From assembly GCA_002633005.1 (NCBI GenBank), contig NMRA01000222.1, positions 463,635-527,634 of the forward strand: DNA of 64,000 nucleotides. The letters run 5' to 3'. The notes below the pieces were generated by a model that did no database searches, was not told where the DNA came from, and saw only the letters and a list, made by a program, of their open reading frames with translations. This document shows positions 51,109 to 64,000 of the stretch, in pieces (position 1 is the stretch's first letter; each line of letters opens with the position of its first letter). The stretch is from Phoronis australis (Eukaryota > Animalia > Phoronida). A program made the position numbers and the translations under genes.

Positions 51109-51364
51109 CATGGGTGCACCCAGCTTTTATATGGGGGGGGGGGGGCTCGAATTTCTGACGATGTGGACCTTTTACTAAATTTACTAACAAAAAAGCGTTA
51201 GAACTAAAAAAAGCGGGTCACCACTTTCAGAGTTGCCAATTGTGTGTTGCGCCGTTTTAGTGGACTTTTGTCTCGTTTTCTCAGACTTTTTGTTTCTCTG
51301 AGGCGGACCATTTTGCCCACTTTGTTCGAGCCCCCGAGCCCCGCCCCCTGGGAGAGCGCGCATG
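51109..51364. mobile_element. hAT-like MITE with 5-bp TSD ACCAA
   Basis: ACCAA|CATGGGTGCACCC ... GCGCGCATG|ACCAA; homologous to 28877-29134. Confidence 0.72.
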
Positions 51365-54300
51365 ACCAATCTTTTGGAACCACTACTAATCCATTCTAAC
51401 ACCTAATTTCTACTTTAACTGGTCCCCCAACATAACTCTCGAAAGTTTCCTGTGACCAGCTATTTTCAAGTTGTTTTCAAAATGGCGCATTTTCATCGTT
51501 TTCAATCGTGCTTGGGGTTTATTTTGAAAAGGAAGAGCAAATTTTTGCATGTGGATTCTTTGACGTATACTTCTTCAACACTAAAGTTTCATTCTCAAAC
51601 CCGACTGAAGACTCTCAGTTTTGTCGGTCGTATCACGTACTTGGAAATTGCATGTGCTCGTTACCGTCGTTGCCTTTTCAGTTCATATCGGCAAGTGTCG
51701 CTCCTTTGAGCGCTTGCATTTTATCCGTTTATGTGACCATGAGAAACGCTTGTGGGTCTACAGCAAGAATTCGTAACCGGGCGCATCTTCCCTTTGAAGG
51801 TGACGGGAGGTCCCCGAAGGTCTAGGACATGTTTATCAAGTAAGTCCTGTTGAAATGATTCAATTCACTCCGCAATTGATATGACTGGAGGTATCAAGAC
51901 TTGCCTTTTATTTATCGTCAGATAGTGTTTGCGGGTGTTCTAATATGACAGCTGATCGGCTGTTGGAGTCGTTTTATTTGACATGAAATTGGTGATTTTA
52001 AGCACTTTAGTTAAAGTTTGACAGTGATTCATTTACAAGTACTTTTAAGAAGAATCAGTGGATAACATTTTTGAATTATGCTGTACTTCGACTTTCTTTC
52101 GTGGATGTGTTTTTGGTAAAAATCGGCGATAGCAGCGACGACTGTTGAGTCAGTGACCTTACTCGCATGCCTAGCTTGCATAGAATGTAATTTTGGAGTT
52201 CAGGCATGATGTCCAAACAACAAAACATATATTTTTTTTTTAGTTTTGGGTACTCACCCATCATTATATTTGATAAGTGTCGATTTTGCGATGAGTTTTA
52301 ATTTTACAGAAAGTTTTACAGGTGTTACTTAATTTAGTAAAGAAGAAACTTTTTGACTTAGATAGTCGGCATGTAGAACTTATTTCACAACAAACCAAAG
52401 GAAACGTAGTCAATATCTTTTGGGTGGTCGTTATCTTACGATTGGCGCTTTTTGTAATAGATAATTTTGCATTCTTACGACTATTAAAAGTCGGTGACCC
52501 ACCAATCTTTGTTTCATAACACCATACTTTTGTGTAGAAGCAAAATCGCTAAAATTCGAAGCACTCAAAATCCTGACAAACGGTTTACTTACGCCGACCT
52601 AAGAAACCAATAAACCTGGACACTACAATTAAAGCAAAACTGACATCGTACAATAAAATTTATCTCCTTTCACAGGACTTCAACCATTAATTTAATTGGA
52701 GGCGTTTTTTTCAATAATCTATGAAAATGTCTCTTTGATGTCAGAAGGGAAATAGTTTTGGCCGTTGTAACAGAAAATGTAATTGGCGAGCAACACCAAG
52801 CTTACTGAACTGGTAGTCACGGGAGTTGACTTGATTTCAAGGAGTAATAGGTAGCCAACGGTAAGAAGTGTGGATTATAAATTAAATAAATTAAGTACAC
52901 CACAGCTGATTTTGTTGCTCTGGTAACAGCAAATAAACAAATTCCACCCCCATAGTCTCAAAAATGCGTGTCTAGGCCCTAAACCATGATGTGCATGATT
53001 ATTTGGGAATTCAGTGCTCAACATTTCACTCTATGACATTGCTAGGAACTAAGAGGAATATGCCTTATTACGCCTAGAGGAAAAAATTAAGATTTCAGTA
53101 TTGTTCTCCCCAAAATCGTTACTTCTGACTTGCCCCTATTCTATAGTAGACAAGAGTTCTCTTGCACTGAAGATTCCAGAAATGTCGGCCATTACCAACT
53201 AGATTTTTTCTAATTTGCATTCGCCCGAGGGTTACCTCTATTTCTGTCACAAATATTCCACATTGAACAAGGGTAATAACCCTAAAATGGTCGGGAATCC
53301 CGAACGCGGTAGAACAGAGCAGGCTCCAATTTCTTGAATTTCTTCCCAGTGCTGTAGTGGTAAAGTTAGAGATCAAAGTAGGCGCCCAAAGCCCACCGTG
53401 TCACCTGGAGCATTGAACGTAACTTATGGTGCGTGGGAGCTACGTTCCAATGCCAAAATGTGGTTGGCTGCGCTTACATGTACGTGCGCCTATGCTCCAC
53501 TTCAGCACTGTTTCTTCCACTCATGTCAACTTCAAAGAATGTGGGGCATACGCCACAAATTGTTTTGTAACAACATGTTTTTTGTGCCAAAAGCGTGATT
53601 AAACGTGTCATGGTCTTTCTACAGTAACACACGCGTTCACCACATGTTTTTACTATCGACTACATACTGCCAGATGTTCAAATGCTCCATGCATTTACTG
53701 TAAAACATGTGGTTGCTGTTGAATATTTTGGTAATTTATATTTTAAAAAAGTGGAAAGAGTGTAGAGTGATTTGATTGGCTCTAAACCTAAATTCGTTTT
53801 TATCGACATTTAAGAATACTGTGTTAAAAACTGTATATTTCTTCCCGCTACATTGAGATCTGTGTTAGCACAGATAAGGTCACGATTTTAGGCATTAGAG
53901 AACTGAGGAGTTTTTCGTGAAGTCCGTTAAATGAAAGATTATGTTAAGTATTTAATAGAGACGAGATGTTTTTCATTATCTTTTACAAGAGACATCATAA
54001 TTTTAGAACAGAGTTTCCAAGTGAATTCTCCCTTCTAATTTTTTTCTTAAATTATCCAGAATTACTCTTGCGAGGTTTTAGATTAGTGCACTAGAATGAG
54101 GCAGGAGCTGTCTATATTGTGTGTAAAGGTTTAGGTGTTTTAACACCTTAAAATTGGTATAAGATGACTTATAGGCCTAGGAGGATGGGGATGTGTTGTA
54201 TTTCAGGTATATTTGCTTTTGTATAGTATTCTGCGATGCAGTAATGTCAATACAATAATTACATAACAACACTGAAGAAAAGTAAGCGTCGGTATTTAAT

Positions 54301-55971
54301 AGTTGGTAAGCAGCATTCATGGAATATATACTGTATGATGTTATATCTACTGCCATCCACTCACCCTACTAAAAGCGTGTTGCCATCTTCTAATCAGCAA
54401 CAATGATGACACGTTAGGAATTGATACGTGTTGCATTAATTGACAATGACAGCGACGGCGATGATCAAACAACAAGGGTCGTTATCAAAAGAAAAGGTTA
54501 ATATCACACAATGCAAACATTTAAGAAACAAAAATTAGGTAGATGCAGATGACACTATCTACAGTAGCGTAATAAAAACATTTATCTGTGAAAGCAATTG
54601 TTCACCTCCAGACGTAGTTTCAAGTTCATTATCACCGAATGTGAAATATTCGTTTAGGTTAAGCATGAATGCAAAGTAAAAGAGTACGAGATATGCATGC
54701 ATTTCAAGTCAGGCGCTTTAATACTTTAATAGAAAAATTTTCTTTTGATTTAAAGCATGCGAAAAAACATCAAGAACCTTGTTTGCCTCGGGGCAGTGCA
54801 GTATAAAGTCTTAGGTACAAAGACCATTCTCGTGGAACACGATATTTTGTCAGTGACTGAAAAGCGAAATCAATGCCAATCAATAGAGCGAAGGTACATA
54901 CATGACTTAAGCAGTATTTCTAAAGTGAAGACAAATTATGATGATTACTACAACTTTAGTTTTGAAAAGATAATCATTTTGTTAGATTGCAATTAAGTCC
55001 CGAGCAAATACTGATATCCAACAAGCAAAGTAAATAGTGACTTTACTTTGGCAAGACATCCCCCTTAAAATATCCCTATCTCAAGGTATTCGACCAGCAC
55101 ACGTCGAAAGACCTTAGTATAAGCTCCAAAATTCTACTCAACATTTTTGACCGATTACTGGACGACTGGTACAATTGGTAATCTACGACCATGAATTTTA
55201 AATCTGATTTAAATAATTAATCGCCCAGTATGAAGGTGGGGGGACGGGGGAGTCTATTCCGCGAACGGTCTTGAGTGCAGAAACGACCTAATGCACAGTT
55301 TCACTAGGTTTGTAGCACCTATGTAAGCAATTTTCACACGGATGTTGCTCACAAAATTGTAATCAGGTAACATGAGTGTATAAATCTTCGGGCGATGTTG
55401 CTCAGAAGTCGTGACAATTATACTGCATTCTCATGCGTCTCGTTGCTACTGTTGAACAAGCTACGTCATACAGCAATCTAATTTGTGCTCTGGATAAGTT
55501 TTGAAGTTTGATACAGCCATGTCTTGATGAGTAAATGTAGCGAACTACAAGACTTAGGTAACCCATGACAACGCGTTAATATGCCATTTGCATCATGCAC
55601 CAATGATTCTGTACTCCATGGTGAGTTTTTAAACTTACATACATCGGTTCAAAAACCTTCCTCCGATAGGAGCAGCATGGCCTCTTGATATAAGGGAATG
55701 GCTAGTACGCTTGAAGTCAGTTAATTTCTCACAATCTGAAAATAATCCTGGATAGTTACGTACGCGTTAATATATTGACAAATCGCGTCAAAGTTTAAAA
55801 GTCAAACCCTAATCTTTCGAAAAACAATTGAGATCAAATTAATGTGAACTGTTTATCGGGTTTTTGTTGGTGCTGTTTTAATGGTATTGTTGAAATCGTA
55901 GGTTTCAAACGATCTCCAATATTTTTGGTTAGGTGAACGTCCCTGAAAATGCATTGGAAATTTTATTTCAG

Positions 55972-59844
<3,873 letters not shown>

Positions 59845-59887
59845 ACTAGTTCTGGTGAAATGTACAGGTAACAGGATTGAATATGAA

Positions 59888-59897
59888 AATAAATAAA
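59888..59897 (+). terminator. Polyadenylation signal(s) of the FReD gene
   Basis: Overlapping AATAAA hexamers 44 nt after the stop, followed by a T-rich tract. Confidence 0.7.
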
Positions 59898-61247
59898 TGA
59901 TCTTTCACGACTCATACCTTTCAGTTCTTATTTATTTTTGTCTGACATTTGGCAATCGGTTTACTTGATCAGCTTCTGGCGTTTTATACCAAGAGAATAA
60001 CAGTAGTTGAAGTCATTTCCACCGTCTTTGAGACGTTACATTTTGAGACAATCCAGAAAATGGGTTGAGTTGTCTAGTTAGTTTTCAGTATTTACTGGAC
60101 CATTTACACCATTCCATCTGATTAAATGTAATATGTGCTCATGGACGTTTTTTCTTTTTTATGTTAGTGAGTAAAGTGTGAAGGTTTTTATCACGGTGGC
60201 TTCTATTGTGCATATTGAGCCCAATTTTATGACATGCAATACAGACGGAAAGTATGAAGAAAAAATGACCCGGGATACCATGTCAAGACCGCTGGTGGAA
60301 TTCAAACTTGTCACCATAGTAGTCCTGCCTTATGAGTGAGAATGAAGGAAATGAACAGGGAAGTTGTTAAAGATGTCTAAACCATTCTGTGATTTGAATT
60401 TGGCCGTCACAACTGTCATTTCGAGTCATTTTTGCTCTGTTAAAACAGAATTAGCTGTCATGACGGGCAACGACATTTATCTCGATTTTTACAATTTGTA
60501 TTGTGCAGTACTCTTTTGGGAACAGCCTAAGTTGTGAGCCCCACTGGAGATTTCAGATTTTGGGAATTTTCATCTCTTAGTTTGTGTTGGTCACCAATGA
60601 GAATGCCTGTAATCTTTAAGATTTAGTGTTGAATTTAATGTATTATCTGGTTGATTTTTGTAATAAAACATTTGAGAAGGTTTTTTTTCTTCAAAATAAA
60701 TGTCAAAAATGATGTTTCAGAGTCGTTTTTATAAACCAATTGGTACTAAATGATTTCTGAATACAGATGTTAATTCATCATAACATCCTCTTCTTTGTGG
60801 CATTGTTTACTTGCAAGTTTGCCATTAGATTGTTAGCCTTGCAAAGTACAGTGACTTTTTTCATAAGTAGGACCCCATTAAAATGGGTAATATCGTACTT
60901 CAGAAACGGCCAATCATTGATTTGAAACTTTCAGACATAATGTTTTAGGCCCTGCTCTAAAAACGCTGATAAATCTTAATTATTTTTTAAATGTTACACT
61001 TTTGTGTGAATATTTATTTTAAGGAAATTTGACTATGTGATACGTATTGTTGTTTTTGCTACTAACGTACCTTTCATTTTTGCTAAACTTTATTAAGACA
61101 TGGTCGCGTGACCCAATTAATATTAGATTGATAAAAAGTCAAATTCAACAGCCTTCATAGTTTTAGAAAATACAAAGTTTTGATTAGTTACATGTATATT
61201 TACAGCTAAATACGCAGACTTAAGGCTTAACTGATGAATCTTTTCTC

Positions 61248-61475
61248 CAGGGCTTGGATTTTTCTCTTTTAGGATTTCCTACTGGTTTCGATTTCTTATT
61301 TCTTGATTTTCAATTTCTTCTTTTTAATCATGTTTCAACTTCATTCATGCAAAAACGCTTATTTCAGTATATTTTACAACACAGCATTTCACACACGCCT
61401 ATTCTTTTGTGGAATGATACATTACATGTACCTGGAACTTGTTCCTCTTTTTGTCATTGGTCATTCCAAGCCCGG
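61248..61475. mobile_element. hAT-like MITE, CAGGGCTTGGA family
   Basis: TTTCTC|CAGGGCTTGGATT ... ATTCCAAGCCCGG|TTTCTT. Confidence 0.72.
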
Positions 61476-61606
61476 TTTCTTACATTTGGCTATTTCGAAA
61501 ATAATTGATTTTTGCGATGAAATTGTTTGCACTTCAGCAGCAATTCATACAGACGGGATTAATGAACAATTTGGAATGTATTGTCAGTGAGTGAACTTTG
61601 CTGAAT

Positions 61607-61850
61607 CAGGGTTTGGAGTTTTCCTCTTTCAAGAGGATTTCCTCTTATTGCTTTCGATTTCCTCTTATTTGATTTTCAGTATCCTCTTCTTGCCTCTATT
61701 TTATCATTGTTTTGACTTTATTAATGCAAAAAACATTTCAGTTAAAATTTTACAATAAAAAATAGTTCTATCCCACAAGGCTATTTATTTGTGGATCGAT
61801 ACATCACCTGGCAAATTTTCCTTTTTTGTCATTGGTCATTCTTAGCCGTG
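61607..61850. mobile_element. hAT-like MITE, diverged sibling of 61248-61475
   Basis: CTGAAT|CAGGGTTTGGAGT ... ATTCTTAGCCGTG|CTGAAG; collinear interior. Confidence 0.68.
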
Positions 61851-62853
61851 CTGAAGTAAGACTAAACTATTTTTCAGAAATAGTTGTGCGTTACATTCAA
61901 TGAAGTCACTGACTTATACCTCGACTAGTCTTTCATGACACAGACCCCATAGACCCTATTCACGCCGACAGGAGGCGTGTCCAAAACGAGGCTCGCTACG
62001 AAAGCTCTGGTGGCTTATCCGCGTAGTTGTACTCCGCGTTGCTCGAACAGCTAAAAGAATACGGACACTCTGTTTTACAATCCCTAAAGACGTTGGGATT
62101 CGGAAGCGTTGGGTCCTTGCCATACGCCGCGACGAAGGAAAATATGTCCGTGTAAAATTTATAACTGTTTTCGAATCATGATTTGTCGCATCTCGATCTG
62201 GATGCCGCCATAGCAACGAGGACCGGAGAATCTTCGGCCAGCCAGGCTGTTTTCATGACGCGATGCATTTTTCTTTACAAAAAGGACAGGGCCCTCAATC
62301 CCTCAATTTTAGGGCCAAATATTGGCCCTATTCCCTCTCAAAATATTGAAAAATCACGCGAAACTCCGCCCCCTCACCTTGACTGCCACAAGCAAAATAA
62401 ACCAGCAAAACGTGAAGCGGGAGGAATTTTGTACTGAGTTCGAGCTATAGGACCGGTAGCAGACGAGTGGGGAAACACGTTCCGTTTTATTTTTGTTTAG
62501 TCCAGTGCAGATTTCCTGAGCAGAAGATATACATCCTCGGCGCCCGCAACTTCCGGGCCGCCTGCGTGCATACAATCGCGCTTTGCCCGCTTCTACGAGG
62601 ATGTCGGGGCCCCCCTTCGCACTGAGGCCTATATGGTATCCTAGATCAGCCACTGAAAATGCTACTTGAGGCAGAGCTATGACAGCTTGCAAAAGGACGG
62701 GGTGCTATCGATGGTGATCTGGAGGTCAGTAGAGTTTTCACTGACCCGTCACTCGGCGAAACGTTCCCCTCTCAGAAGGCCGCACACACATGAGGTACCT
62801 TTCCCCCGGATATGAACGAGGCCTCTGAAGAAACATGATAACTATCCGTGTTT

Positions 62854-63016
62854 CAGGGGGATCCAGGATTTTGAGTTGGGGGGGGGGCAAGGCAGAGTAT
62901 TAGCCAGGATTTTGCCCGTCAGAAATTCGCGCTCCTGAACTGCCAACTGGAATTTGGGAGAATTTTGGGGGGGGGCTGGGGCATAGCCCCTTGGCTCCCC
63001 TCTGAATCCGCCACTG
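62854..63016. mobile_element. hAT-like MITE (CAGGGGGATCC...ATCCGCCACTG)
   Basis: TIR related to 22955-25316; flanks TGTTT / TGTTC. Confidence 0.7.
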
Positions 63017-64000
63017 TGTTCTGTCCAGTTAACTGAAATTGAGCTCTAAAACGAGGTTATGCTTTGGACGAAAGAATTAGGTGTTTTAATTTTAAAGTTC
63101 GACTTGGTCGAGATTGATATTTGAAAAATATAACACATGAAATAGACGTAATTATTAAAACCAAGAAAGCAGAATTGATGGTCATATAATTTTTTATTTT
63201 CAATTGCGAGCCTAGTTTTTTATCGTAATCAAAATATATATTTAATAGCATCAAGTATTATTTCAGATCAATGACAAATCAACTGTTAGACCCGGTAGTG
63301 TCTACCTCACCAGGACCTAGGCCATGCTTGAAGCTAATAGGCCTACTCTTGATCAACAAATTAAACCAGATGAGACTAATTGCACATGACAGCAAAATGC
63401 TATGAGCCACCACTGTCGAATATATCTTTAACTCTTCAAAAATACGACCAGATGACCTGGTTCGTGTAGAAAGCATTTTTATCAAGAATTTATTAGAAGA
63501 AACGTAACCCTGCATTCAGCATAACGCCTAATCCGTAACACTACGATCGCCGCAATTTGGTCATGTTTACTTTCATTTTTCGAACCTAGTTTTCCGGAAA
63601 AAAACGTATATCCTTTCGTCAGACAACTCTTTGGTGCATTGACTTGCTCTTTATCTGCATTTTTTACGTCTCTGTGGTTAATTATTGACACAATTTTAAG
63701 ATTTAATATTCAGGTTGGACTCCAAAGACCGGCCATTTAACTCACGCAATGTAAATTTCCGCTTTATTTATCGCAGTGAGCCTCGCTTTGGATTTTATTG
63801 TCGGCGGCGTGAATAGAGTCTATGGTCTGACCTCTGTACTGGACACTTCGGGTAAACTTACAAATCTGGCCTTGCCTCATGTAGTAATGTGATTGGTTAA
63901 GATTATAGTGTGCTTTTGGGAATTGGGCCCAGATTTCTTTCATGAAAATGACTGGGGGTAAGACACTGAGAAATTTGGTCTTGCACTCCACACAATTAAT

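Noticed and set aside
51829-51845. ATGTTTATCAA|GTAAGT as first exon of the FReD gene
   Set aside because: Phase fits, but it encodes no signal peptide and sits beside repeat sequence; unsupported
63279-63991. Minus-strand short ORFs at the window end
   Set aside because: No motif recognised, multiple stops, no clear splice structure

Overview
Eukaryotic (invertebrate animal) genomic DNA, about 39% GC, with spliceosomal introns; most ORF-track entries are spurious. Four protein-coding genes were reconstructed by hand with GT-AG splice sites and consistent phases. (1) An SLC5A8/SLC5A12-type sodium-coupled monocarboxylate transporter (minus strand, 9 exons, 17150 to 1187, 441 aa; the 3' end appears to lie beyond the left edge). 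One exon occurs twice around a single N, probably a haplotype false duplication. (2) A single-coding-exon secreted protein with a CCDC3/TIMP-NtA-like N-terminal domain (minus, 34111-33479). (3) An 8-exon C8orf48 (DUF4606) homolog of 291 aa (minus, 47144-38728), invisible in the ORF track. (4) A fibrinogen-related-domain (FReD) lectin-like gene (plus, 55972-59844, first exon not found). Introns and intergenic DNA are dense in transposon relics: two Kolobok-like elements (one nested with a hAT element and a tRNA-derived SINE, one with convergent THAP and KolX-like remnants), an IS3EU transposase fragment, a Helentron-type element with an array of CTCF-like motifs, a Tc1/mariner-type MITE, and hAT-like MITE families with apparent 5-bp and 6-bp target-site duplications. 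No prokaryotic system, CRISPR array, rRNA or true tRNA gene is supported, and I found no clearly new multi-gene system. Family assignments rest on motif recall, not database searches.
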